Below are positions 22,891-34,957 of a DNA stretch of 47,270 nt, one piece after another. The notes beneath the pieces were generated by a model. That model was not told the origin of the DNA, did not search any database, and was given only the letters and a program-made list of their open reading frames with translations. The position numbers and the translations under genes were made by a program. The stretch's first letter is position 1; every line of letters begins with the position of its first letter. The stretch covers positions 21,663,726-21,710,995 of the forward strand of contig CM119270.1 of NCBI GenBank assembly GCA_051294375.1, given 5' to 3'. This stretch comes from Paraspadella gotoi. Taxonomy: Eukaryota > Animalia > Chaetognatha.

Positions 22891-24428
22891 TCCGGAAAAA
22901 GGACTGAAGAGTCGCATGGGAGAATTTGACTTTGATTGATGAACGATTTTTTTTTTACACGAAATGATTAATAAAAAAAATTAAAAAGAAAAAGAAAAAT
23001 AAAAAGAAAAAGAAAAAAGATGAAAGATAAAAAAACAATTAATTTGCACCAAAACGAAAAAAAAAACAAACAAACAAAAAAAACCAAAGATATTACTTTT
23101 TGAGCAACTAATGTTTACATTATTATAAACGGCGAAAAGTCTATAGAGCAGTAGATTTCTCTATATATCAACAATTTTAAAACTATTCAACAATTATTCA
23201 ACTCGCCTTTTCAAGCTAAACACGAACGAGATCAATACCCATCGGTCATATAGTTAATTATCGATAAGATTTAATTATTCGCTAAATTTAGCTAAAGTCG
23301 GCGACTGGTCACGACTGACTACAGGGCTCGAACCCCGAATGGTTAAGTTTGGTGGCGCATAACGATCAAATACTTAACCTTTTTAGGTTTTAACTAAAAC
23401 ATTAAAATAAATATTATTCCATTCCAAAACTGACCTGCGAAAATGAAGGCGATGAATTCCGAGGAAGAAAAAAAAAGAGAAAAAAAATAAAAAAAATATT
23501 AATTCAGTTATAAACTTTTTTAATTTGTGGTTTGTTTGTTTGTTTTTTTGTCAGTACAGTACAGTGTACAGTCATGTGCAATAAAATTGCGCCACTTTAT
23601 TTCAGACTTTAAAAATCACCCTANNNNNNNNNNNNNNNNNNNNNNNNNNNNNNNNNNNNNNNNNNNNNNNNNNNNNNNNNNNNNNNNNNNNNNNNNNNNN
23701 NNNNNNNNNNNNNNNNNNNNNNNNNNNNNNNNNNNNNNNNNNNNNNNNNNNNNNNNNNNNNNNNNNNNNNNNNNNNNNNNNNNNNNNNNNNNNNNNNNNN
23801 NNNNNNNNNNNNNNNNNNNNNNNNNNNNNNNNNNNNNNNNNNNNNNNNNNNNNNNNNNNNNNNNNNNNNNNNNNNNNNNNNNNNNNNNNNNNNNNNNNNN
23901 NNNNNNNNNNNNNNNNNNNNNNNNNNNNNNNNNNNNNNNNNNNNNNNNNNNNNNNNNNNNNNNNNNNNNNNNNNNNNNNNNNNNNNNNNNNNNNNNNNNN
24001 NNNNNNNNNNNNNNNNNNNNNNNNNNNNNNNNNNNNNNNNNNNNNNNNNNNNNNNNNNNNNNNNNNNNNNNNNNNNNNNNNNNNNNNNNNNNNNNNNNNN
24101 NNNNNNNNNNNNNNNNNNNNNNNNNNNNNNNNNNNNNNNNNNNNNNNNNNNNNNNNNNNNNNNNNNNNNNNNNNNNNNNNNNNNNNNNNNNNNNNNNNNN
24201 NNNNNNNNNNNNNNNNNNNNNNNNNNNNNNNNNNNNNNNNNNNNNNNNNNNNNNNNNNNNNNNNNNNNNNNNNNNNNNNNNNNNNNNNNNNNNNNNNNNN
24301 NNNNNNNNNNNNNNNNNNNNNNNNNNNNNNNNNNNNNNNNNNNNNNNNNNNNNNNNNNNNNNNNNNNNNNNNNNNNNNNNNNNNNNNNNNNNNNNNNNNN
24401 NNNNNNNNNNNNNNNNNNNNNNNNNNNN

Positions 24429-24465
<37 letters not shown>

Positions 24466-24562
24466 CGGAATCCTCATGAATAAGCGAAGTTGAGATAAAT
24501 CGAGAGATGATTTACTCTTGACGACGAAAAAAAAAGACATCCACGATTTCAGTTTTCATAGT

Positions 24563-24958
24563 GAGGAAAAGAGAGGTTAAGGAGCAAATATAGAGAGGAA
24601 AAGAGAGGTTAAGTGGAAATATAGAGAGGAAAAGGGAGGTTAAGTGGCATATATCAGAGGAAAAGAGGGGTTAAGGGGAAAATAGAGAGGAAAATAGGAG
24701 TTAAGGAGCAAATATAGAAAGGAAAAGAGAGGTTAAGAAGCAAATATAAAAAGGAAAAGAGGGGTTAAGGGGAAATATAGAGAGGAAAAGAGGGGTTAAG
24801 GGGCAAAAATAGAGAGGAAAAAAGAGGGTAAGGGGAAAATATAGAGAGGAAAAGAGAGGTTAAGAGTCAAATATAGAGAAGAAAAGAGAGGTTAATGGGA
24901 CATAAAGAAGAAGAGGTTAATATAAAGAGGAAAAGAGGTGTTGAGGGGAAAATATAGA
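24563..24958. repeat. ~32-bp minisatellite (AGAGGAAAAGAGAGGTTAAGGGGCAAATATAG)
   Basis: About 12 tandem units. Confidence 0.95.
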
Positions 24959-25245
24959 AAGTAATAAAGAAATGTAGATAAACTTGTGTACAAAAGAGTG
25001 AAACTGACAGACCGACTGAAAAACAGATTGAAAAACAATCAGTTTTTTAGCATGACATATGTTTTTAAAAAAAACAATTACTTTAGACTTAATACATCAT
25101 GACGTCGAAAAACCTTTATTGCGAAAAACTCTGAAGTTCGGCCTTTATTAACTATTCCATACCAATGCTAGAAACGTATGACTTTATTTTACTTTTGTAT
25201 ATTTTTTGGACTTTTTTGTAAATGTTTTATTTATCTATTATTCAT

Positions 25246-25869
25246 TAAGGCGTAGTAAATTTTCTAAATGTTACTTTAATTAAAATTCTAAAATGCAGGA
25301 CACGAACAACTTTTTATTAATGAAATTTATGTAATAAAAAAATTTATAAAATTTTACAATTTACGCAGGTTGGCCAAGATATACTAGTACTAAACCAATA
25401 AATGTTTAAAATTTTTCAAAACAGTTTTTTGTAAGTTTTTTTGCAGATTTGGATTTGTCATAAAAGCTTGATAAAAGAAATATAACTCTTTTTGAAAAAT
25501 TCCTTCATTAAGTGGGGTCAAAAATGAGGAAGAACAAAAAGCTATATTTTAAGCTGAAAATTTACTTTTTTCATATTAAATATAGCTTTTTTTAATTTTT
25601 AACCCACTTAATGAAAAAAAATTGTTAAAATGACTGTATATTTTCTTTAACAATTTTTACGAGGAATTTCAAATCTTGCCAATCAAAATTAAGAAAAGCC
25701 TATTTTGAAATTTTTCGATTTTATAAGGTTATACTATATATAAATATAGCCTCTTGCCGAAATTAAAAAACAATAAAATTAATTTTTACAAACCATTAAT
25801 GTTCACTGATGGTATGTTGTTCATAATTGATCTTTAGACATTTTCGTATGTAACTTTCACTACGCCTTA
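25246..25869. mobile_element. 624-bp foldback MITE with 8-bp target-site duplication
   Basis: Perfect 11-bp terminal inverted repeat TAAGGCGTAGT/ACTACGCCTTA, flanked on both sides by TTATTCAT (25238-25245, 25870-25877). The arms remain alignable to a centre near 25560 (TTCATTAAGTGGG/CCCACTTAATGAA; AAAAAGCTATATTT/AAATATAGCTTTTT). Confidence 0.85.
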
Positions 25870-25974
25870 TTATTCATGTTTTATTTATTAATGTCAAACG
25901 AATAAATCTTCCGTTGACGAATCGACTCCCGTTGCTATTTTTTTCCAAACGCAAAAAGGAAAAAAGATGGCGCT

Positions 25975-26108
<134 letters not shown>

Positions 26109-26584
26109 CTTAATGATGAGAAATAATATTTCCATAAATTTCGGTTCCACTCTCGTCTTTCAGTTTCCATCGTAATTTTCTTCCCTCCTCTCTCAGTCTT
26201 GGCTGAGATTTTTTTAGCCTTTCTTACTTTTCTTTTTTTATTCTTTTTATTTCTTCTCCTACTAACCTATCTTTTTTCTTCTCTTTTTCACGTTTCTCAC
26301 CTTCTTTATTTTTCTTACTTTTCTTTTTTCTTTTTTTTCTTTCTTCTCCTGCCAACCTGTCTTTTTTCTTCTATTTTTCACGTTTCTTACCTTCTTTCTC
26401 TTTCTTACTTTTCTTTTTTCCTCTATTCATTTCTTCCACGTTTTTTATTTTCTTTTTTTCAACCTCTCTTTTTCCTCAATCTCTCTTTTTCCTCAACCTC
26501 TCTTTTTCATCAACCTCTCTATTTTCGTCGCCTTCTCCTTCTCATCTTTCGCCGACATCGTTATTCTTAAATTGCGGCCGCATC

Positions 26585-26972
26585 GACGGACGGACAGACG
26601 GATGGACGGACGGACTGGTTGTCGGAAGGACAAACGGACATACGGAGAGAGAGACGACGGACGGATTGCCGGATAAACGCGATGGATGAAGGACAGACGG
26701 ACGGACAGACGGACAGACAGGGGACGGACAGATTGACGCAGGGGCTGACGGGCGGACGGATATATACCATGAGGTGAAGGGTGAACGGATGGACGGACGG
26801 ACGGAGGGACGGATGTACGGACAGATGGACGAACGGATGGACCGACGAACAGAAGGACGGACGGACGGACGGACGGATGTACGGACAGATGGACGAACGG
26901 ATGGACCGACGAACAGAAGGACGGACGGACGGACGGACGGACGGACGGACGGACGGACGGACGGACGGACGA
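26585..26972. repeat. (GGAC)n microsatellite with a ~65-bp higher-order duplication
   Basis: GGATGTACGGACAGATGGACGAACGGATGGACCGACGAACAGAAGGACGG occurs at about 26811 and 26875. Confidence 0.9.
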
Positions 26973-27489
26973 TGATACATTCGAGAAATTTGATTTATGG
27001 GATTTGTTATGTTTTATGTATCGAGTGGCGACGACGGGAATGAGGAGGAAGAGGAGGAGGAGGAGGAGAAGGAGGAGGAGGGGTGAGAAAGTCTTGGGCT
27101 TTTGTAAATGTCTCTGTTGATTTGGGTTGAGTTTCTGAGTACAGTTTGTCGGTCTGTCGGTCTGTCGGTCGACGACTCCGTATGTCAGTCAGTTCTACTT
27201 CACATATAATATTCAAGCTACGTGTCATTCTTTTTCTTCCTTTTCTTTCTTTTCCTTTTTTACTTTTTTTTGTCTCTTCTTTCTTGTCCGCCTTCCTCTT
27301 TCCTCTTTCCTTCTTTTTCTTTCCTTTTCTTTTCCTTTTATTTTCATGTCTTTTCTTTTTTTTTTCTTTCTTTCTTTCTTCTTGTCTTTATTGTCATTGT
27401 CATTTGTCTTGATAAGGCAGACAGACTAACAAAATTAGACTGGAAGGGAATGAAGAGCGACGAAGGATGTTGACAAATGACGATGACAG

Positions 27490-27690
27490 TCTGACAGACT
27501 GAAAAACTGAGTCTAATACGGACTAAATATGTGGACAAGGGCAGACTGACAAAATGACAAGTTGAGATTAATACGGACTGAGGACGGACTAATGATGCCG
27601 ACAATGACGGACTGACAAACTGCGATTAATACGGACTGAGGACAGACTAATGATGCCGACAATGACAGACTGACAAACTGAGAGGACGGA
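27490..27690. repeat. ~58-bp tandem repeat (GATTAATACGGACTGAGGACRGACTAATGATGCCGACAATGAC...)
   Basis: Two near-identical units plus one degenerate unit. Confidence 0.85.
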
Positions 27691-28284
27691 CTTTTCCATT
27701 TCGATACAGAAGAGACCTAAGGGAATCGAATCTTGACGAATGAGAATCTAGGGAATAAAAAATGATGATGACGAAGACGACGACGATGACAACGATGACG
27801 ATGAAAACGATGATGAAGACGACGTCGACGACGACGACGACGACGTCGACGGAGATGTGTTAACACGTTAAAGGTTAACGTCCCAAATCCGCTTTAATTG
27901 ATTAGGAGGGGCAGCGGCGTCGGAACAGAAACGGACAGTGAGCGAGACTGATAATTGACAATCGGATAGACTTATTAATAGATAGACTTATTAATAGATA
28001 GACATAACCAAACAGATAAACCGACATAAAAAAATATCGAACAGTCTAACAGACAGACAGAAAGAGCAGCGAACGGAAAAACAGATAGACAGAAAGTTCA
28101 GAAACGGAAAAACAGACGGATAGAAAGAGCAGCAAAGGGGAAAAAACAGACAGAAAGAGCAGCGAACGGAAAAACAGACAGATAGACAGACAGACAGACA
28201 GACCGAATGCAACCAAAATATAATCTTCGTCGCCGAAACAAAATCTTAATTGCGGTTTTGAGTCTCGTTGGGAGAATAAGAACA

Positions 28285-29010
28285 AGGAGAGGGAGGAAGG
28301 AGAGGAGGAGAGGGGAGGAGAAAGGGGCAGAGGGAGGAAGGGAGGAGAAGAGAGGGAGGCAGAAGAAGAAGAAAGAGAGGGGCAGAAGGAGGAGGAGGGA
28401 GGAGGGACGGGGAGAGGAGCGGAGAGGGAGAAGGGAGGGAGAGGAGATAAGAGGGGGAAGAGAGGGAGAAGGAAGAGGGAAGAAGGAGGAGAGGGAGGAA
28501 GGGAGGAGGCAGAGGGAGAATGGGGAGGAGAAGGAGGGAAGGAGGGAGAGATGGAAGGAAGGAGGGCAGGAGAGGAGGGAGGAGGAGAGAGGGGAGAGGC
28601 GGGGAGGAGGAGAGGAGGAGAGGAGACAGAGGAGGAGGGGCAGGGAGGGGACGGGAGGAGAGGAGGGAACAGAAGGGGAAAGGAGGTAGTAGGGAGGAAA
28701 TGGGAAGGATGTTAAAAAGGGAGGATGAGCAAAGAGAGCAAAGAAGAAGAGAGATGAAAAAAAAGGAGAATGGGGAGGAGGGGAAATATGAGGAGAAGGC
28801 GAAGGAAAAGGAGGAAAAGGAGAATAAGAAAGGAAAAGGAGAAAAAGGAGGAAAAGGCGGTAAAGGAGGTAAAGAAGAAAAAGGATGAAAAAGAGAAAAA
28901 GGAGAAAAAAGAAGAAAAGAGAGAAAAGGAGAAAAAGGAGGAAAAGGAGAAAAAAGAGGAAAAAGAGAAAAAAAAAGGAAAAGGAGAAAAAGGATAAAAG
29001 GGAGGAAAAG
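28285..29010. repeat. Polypurine low-complexity tract; similar tracts at 30770-31170 and 32620-32985
   Basis: Almost entirely A/G on the + strand. Confidence 0.9.
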
Positions 29011-29123
29011 GAGAATCTAAATAGAATGAAAAATGAGACATTTGAGGGAAAATGGATTCTGACTCTTTTTTTTTTCTTCCTCCTGTCTTTGTTGTACAGA
29101 AAATAGGGATTCGGAGATTCATT

Positions 29124-29174
<51 letters not shown>

Positions 29175-29856
29175 TACCTTAAAATGAGAAATGAGAAAGA
29201 TTTTGAGAGACAAAAGATTGATGAGGTCAAAAAGAAGTAATAAAAATTGTAATATCCTAAAAGTAGGTTTAAAGAAAAAACATTTAAAAGAATTTAGCAA
29301 CAGAAAAAAATTGTAAGATGAGATTGTTAAATATTAAAAAAAAAATAAAAAGAAGAGAGAATATTAAAAAAAATAGTTAAATTAGTTAAATTAGTTAAAC
29401 AAAAATTGAAAGAAGACGAAATATTATTTTTATCGATTTAAACCCTTGATTAAATTAGTTAAACTAACTAAACTAGTCCTCAACACCAAAGAGACATGGC
29501 CAAGCATTATAAGTTAACAAATGTAAGTTTGTTTTTTCTCCACCAGTTCAGTCTAATGACTTGTGAAATCGAAAGGATATAGTGATCTTCACATTCAAGC
29601 GCGTTCGACCCATCGGTTCAGATAAGCCCTCATCACGACCAGACTCAAAGCATGACCCAGGTTATGACCCAGATACAGACCAAGCCATTGGTGCTAATTT
29701 TTTTTTAGTTCATACTAACGATGCCTGGGTATTTAATACTTAGTAGTTAATTAGTTATTGACCCAGATTTATTTGAATGAGGAAGTACGACGTCTGACAA
29801 TCATTTTTAAATCTTAAGTACTTTTGGGCGGCACACGTAATCGGAACAGCCGTCTA

Positions 29857-29917
<61 letters not shown>

Positions 29918-31297
29918 AAAGTCCTGTGGGAGTTTTCGGCGGGCGATTGAGCGCTAATTAGGCGGCGCTTGATTGAAAACTCGAGACGCCTTCTCTTTTT
30001 CTTGGAAGAAAACTGGGGTGGGGGGGTGGAGGGATAAATGAGGGGGTTGAGGGGAGAAAGAGAAGAATGGGGGAGGGGAGGGAGGAAGGGGGAAGGAAGG
30101 AAGGTGGGAGGGTGGGAAGGGAGGAAAAGAGGAGAGTGGAAAAAGGGAGAGTGGAACTGGAAGGAGGGGAGAAAGAGAGAGAGAGAAATGGGGAAGGGAG
30201 AAAGGGGAAGATGAGAAACTGGACGATTAAAGATATCCAGTCTTTCGCTCCAACTCGAGACAGCTGATCCGTCGGCAGGTGGGAGAGATAAAGAATTCAT
30301 CACTTCTGTCGTCGTCGTCGTCGTCGTCGTCGTCGTCCTTGTCCTCCCACTCTCTCTTTAACTTTTTAAAGTGATATTTTTGTGATCTTTTAAAAATTAA
30401 ATTATGCGTCTATTTTATTAGAATCAAAGTTTAAACTCCAACACAATTTTATGTTCAAAACAATGGTAGAAATTTTTAAATTTGAGTACCTCAACAGGGA
30501 AAGAATTTTTTATTAAAAAAAAAATTTGAAAGTATTTTAAAAAACTTTAGGAAAAAACTTAAAGAAATTGGTACAACCAATATGAAAATTATCCTTTTGA
30601 TAATTAAATAAGCTATCTTGCGCCTTACTTTGGACAGGCTTTGGTGGTTTAAGACCTTGAACACTCTCTCACAGTCGATTTTATTCACTCCCAGAGTACC
30701 TGGCTTCCCTATTAGTGAGGTGGTATATTATTTTAAAGAATGTTTCAATTGTAAAAAAAAACAAAAAGAAGTAAAGGAAGACAACAAAAAGAAAGGAAAG
30801 AAAGAAGGATATCAAGGAGAAAAAAGTAAAATGAAAAGAAAAGAGGAGGAAGAGGAAAAGGAAGAAGAAGAGGAAGAGAAAAAGGAAGAGAAAGAAGAAG
30901 AGAAAAAGGAAGAGGAAAAGGAAGAGAAAAATGAAAAAGAAGAGGAAGAGGAAAAGAAAAGGAAGAGAAAAAGGAAGAAAAAAGCAAGAGGAAGAAGAAG
31001 AGAAAAAGGAAGAGGAAGGGAAAGCGGAAGAGAAAATTGAAGTGGAAGACAAAAAGAAAGAGAAAGAGGAAGAGAAAAAAGAAAAAGAAGAGGAAGAGAA
31101 AAAGAAAAAGGAAGAGGGAGAGGGAGAGAAAATGGAAGAGGAAGAGGAAGAGAAAGAGAAAAAGGAAGAGGAGCCACAAAAGACTAATTTCATTCCCATT
31201 TTAAAAATGACAGCGACAACAACAACAACGACAACATAAAAGAAATCAGGGAAAAACTTTTGAAATTGGAGAAAATGAAACGAGGCAAAGGGGAAGG

Positions 31298-31360
<63 letters not shown>

Positions 31361-32320
31361 AGAAAGTGAAAGAGAATCCTAAGTTACTTTTAGAAATTGA
31401 AAAAAAACTTTTTAAAAGCTGGAATTTTTGTTCGAAAAATGAAAAACGGGAAAAAAACTTGCGTCTTTAGTTTGTTTTTGGAAAATGAGTCGAAAAAAAG
31501 TCACGTCAATAACGAATTTCGATGTGAAGGCTGTGAGTTGGCTGAAATAGGGTGGATCAAGGACTTATGATTAAAATAAATAGGGCGCTTCAAAGTTTAA
31601 TAATTTTGTTTTATAGATATAAAAAAATTATATGGATTAAAGTTATGAAACTAAAAAAATATTTAAAAAAATTATTAGGCATTCATTATTTAGGTAAAAA
31701 TTAGGATGTATAATTTAGAATATAATATGTAAAAAATATTTCTAAATGAAAAGTGTACCATTAAGTAAAAAAATTAAAAATTCGTTAAATTTAAAATCAG
31801 GATATTTTTAAAAAAATTTGTAGTAAAGTTTTATATTTATTTTTTTTTATCTTATAAATAATCAAAAGTACCAAAAAAAACCCCATTATTCCTTTCTTCA
31901 AATTCGTGAATTTATGAGATTTACGTTCAAACACTGTGATCTAGAAATGTTGTTTCCCCCCAGAAAAGATTAACTTATCCCTGGCTGAAAAGCAAACGAC
32001 CTTGGACTTATATCTTAAAATACATTTTGCCCTCTTAAAAAACGTGTTTGTTCATCATACCCTCCCCTTAAGCGGACATTTTTGTTCATCACACCCTCCC
32101 CTTAAAAAATGGAAAACTAAGTTCGACTTCACATCGATTTTTTTGTTTTCCTTTGAAACTTCCGGGTTTTTTCTCGCTGTCTCCCTTTCGTCGGGTCAAT
32201 GACCCCATTTGCTGGAGGAGACATCGCGGGGGTGAGGTGATGGGGTGAGGGGATGGGGTGAGGTGATGGGGTGAGATGTGAAAGCAGAAGTACGATGAAG
32301 AGGAAAAGATGATTGGTTAA

Positions 32321-32487
32321 GAAGGAGCATCAGAGAACAGAAGAATAAATAGATGTGATATATCACAAGAAGTGACAAGTTGGTGATGATAAAGAGTGAG
32401 GTTATGAAGGAGCATCAGAGAAAAGAAGAATAAAAAGATGTGATAAATCCAAAGAAGTGACAAGATGGTGATGATAAAGGGTGAGGT
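32321..32487. repeat. Two-copy ~80-bp direct repeat
   Basis: AAGGAGCATCAGAGAA...GAAGTGACAAG.TGGTGATGATAAAG.GTGAGGT occurs twice. Confidence 0.85.
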
Positions 32488-33041
32488 CAAGAGAGAAAGT
32501 TATGTGTCCCAGAGGCGAAGAGAGTTCTGTCAATCGACAGAGAGAAAAAAATGGGGTGAGTCTTTTTGGGGTGAAATGAGAAGAGGTGGAGGAGGAGAAA
32601 AGGGGGGCGGAAAATAAAGGGAGGAAAAAGAAAGAAAAGGAAAAGAAAGAAATAAAAGGAAAATAAAAATCAAAGGAAAAGAAAGAAACAAAAGGAAAAG
32701 AAAGAAAGAAAAGGAAAAGAAAGAAACAAAAGGAAAAGAAAGAAAGAAAAGGAAAAAAAGAAATAAAAGAAAAAGAAAGAAAGAAAAGGAAAAGAAAAGG
32801 AAAAGAAAGAAAAGGAAAAGAAAGAAAAGGAAAAAAAAGAAAGAAAAGAAAAAAAAAGAAAGAAAAGGAAAAGAAAGAAAGAAAAGGAAAAGAAAGAAAG
32901 AAAAGGAAAAGAAAGAAAGAAAAGGCAAAGAAAGAAAGAAAAGGCAAAGAAAGAAAGAAAAGAAAAAGGAAGAAAGAAAAGGAAATAGACGAAGACCGTC
33001 GATGTCGATTTATAACTTGTAGTGAGAAATGGGGAAACAAA

Positions 33042-33078
<37 letters not shown>

Positions 33079-34409
33079 GGGTCAAATATATCGTCTTCTC
33101 TTTTTCCCAAGCGTCTTTTACTCGTTCGATTGCGAATCGTCTGTTGTAGTTGTAGTTGTCGTCGTCGTCGTCGTCGTCGTCTTCATCTCGACTGCAACTG
33201 ACAGATTGATCGACTGATATAATGTTTCTCCTTTTTATTTTTTTTTTCCTTCGGCTTTTCTTATTTTAATAGTATTTTCGTCTTTTTTTCGTTTTTCTTT
33301 CATTATTGTTACGAAATAACTATCTTTAATATTCGAGGAAATCCAGCTTCTCTATCTTTTCCCCGTTGCTCTTTGCTCTTTATTACTGACATCGAAAATG
33401 CTTCCATTCTAGCGATCGACACGACATCTTTAGGCTCTCTCTTTTGTTTATACTTAAGTACAGAATTCCGAAGGCAGTGTACAGCTGATTCTGATTGGTG
33501 CCCGTGATTTCGATAGATTTCGATTAAGATTCTTATCGAATTCTGGTCACGTGGCATCTTCAGATCTCAAAGTTGTCACTGGGTTTTTAGTTCTTTTCAG
33601 AGCATAGAAACTCTTTTATTAGATATCTCGGAATCTTATTTTTTGTGTGATCGCTGGTTTGGTGGACTTTTCTATGAAGAGAAGCAATTCTTTTTTGGTT
33701 AATATTGGCTTCAGAAACAAGTAAGAAAGACACTTTAAATTTATATATATTTGCTGAGTTTGTACTAAATGTTTTGTTATTCTTTGCCCAGGACTTCTAA
33801 CAAGCTCTTCCAGCAAAGACTCTTTACAGACTCTACTTCAACAAGCAGCAGCAAGCAAAGACTACTCCTTCTAAAGACTACCCCGCATCAGACTTACAGA
33901 CATTTCGTCAAGTCCTGGGCTTAGTGGACAGTCGTCATTTCGGCCTTAGCCGACGTCGTCTACTGAGACTTTGTCGTCAGCATCTCCAGGGCGTCTGGAC
34001 CGGCGCCATCGTCTCTTCTGCGCCATTTTATACCCAATTCCATCTGGTCTTCAATGTGCAGAATTAGCCTAGTCAGTTAGAATTCAAAGACGCCACTTCT
34101 CCGAACTTAGTTCAATACAATTATTTTCTTTTTTTTCCCCGAATTTCATAAGGAATCAAAAAGAAAAATGAACAAAAGAGAAACTTTCTCTCGATGTTCT
34201 TATGTTCCCCATATTTTCTCATATAAATCAAGATTTAATTTTTAAATAGATTCATTTTAGTTTAGTTTAATTAGCAAGTTCATGCATCAAATGAATTTTG
34301 GTCGACGATAAAAAGTCCAACCGACGACGACGATGACAGCGACGACGACGACGACGACGAAAAATAAGGGAAAAAGTTTAAAACTTTGTTTTTCTAACAA
34401 TAAAAAAAT

Positions 34410-34528
34410 AAGACGCGCGAAATCTGTCACTGACAGGCGGACACCCGGACACCCGGACACCCGGACATCCGGAAAGGGAGATTTTTCTTGGGCGGACGTT
34501 CGATCGTTAATAAGGGAATCCGCCCAAA
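34410..34528 (-). mobile_element. Helentron/DINE-1-like 5' end (subTIR, inverted copy, microsatellite)
   Basis: TTGGGCGGA (34488-34496) and TCCGCCCAA (34519-34527) form an inverted pair, followed on the minus strand by (GGGTGTCC)x4. Confidence 0.5.
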
Positions 34529-34614
34529 GAGACAAAAGACAACAGGTGGCCGGTTCTTTCTTTCTTTCTTTCTTTCGTTCTTTCTTTCTTTCTTTCTTTA
34601 TTTCGTTCTTTCCT

Positions 34615-34658
<44 letters not shown>

Positions 34659-34670
34659 TCGTTCTTTCCT

Positions 34671-34718
<48 letters not shown>

Positions 34719-34920
34719 TTTTCTTTTGTTTTTATTTCTGCGGCTTGGTAATAAACAAGCGATTTACGTCAATGGGCGAGTGAGAGCGAAAAAAAGAGGG
34801 CGCTTTCAAAATATGCAAATGACCCTCGGAAACTTAATGGGAACAAATGATGGTGATGATGTTAAAATGATGCGGTCGAAGGGGAAAGATGATGATGATG
34901 ATGATGATGTTGATGATGAT

Positions 34921-34957
<37 letters not shown>

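Noticed and set aside
20379-22917. Long ORFs of 754, 694 and 455 aa on the minus strand
   Set aside because: They are translations of a degenerate (GTC)n tract that lacks stops for compositional reasons; only S/R/V/F/L low-complexity sequence.
23324-23335. Isolated B box GGGTTCGAGCCC on the minus strand as a tRNA gene
   Set aside because: No A box at proper spacing and no cloverleaf; at most a SINE remnant. The same reasoning prevents calling 8589-8652 and 14244-14300 functional tRNAs.
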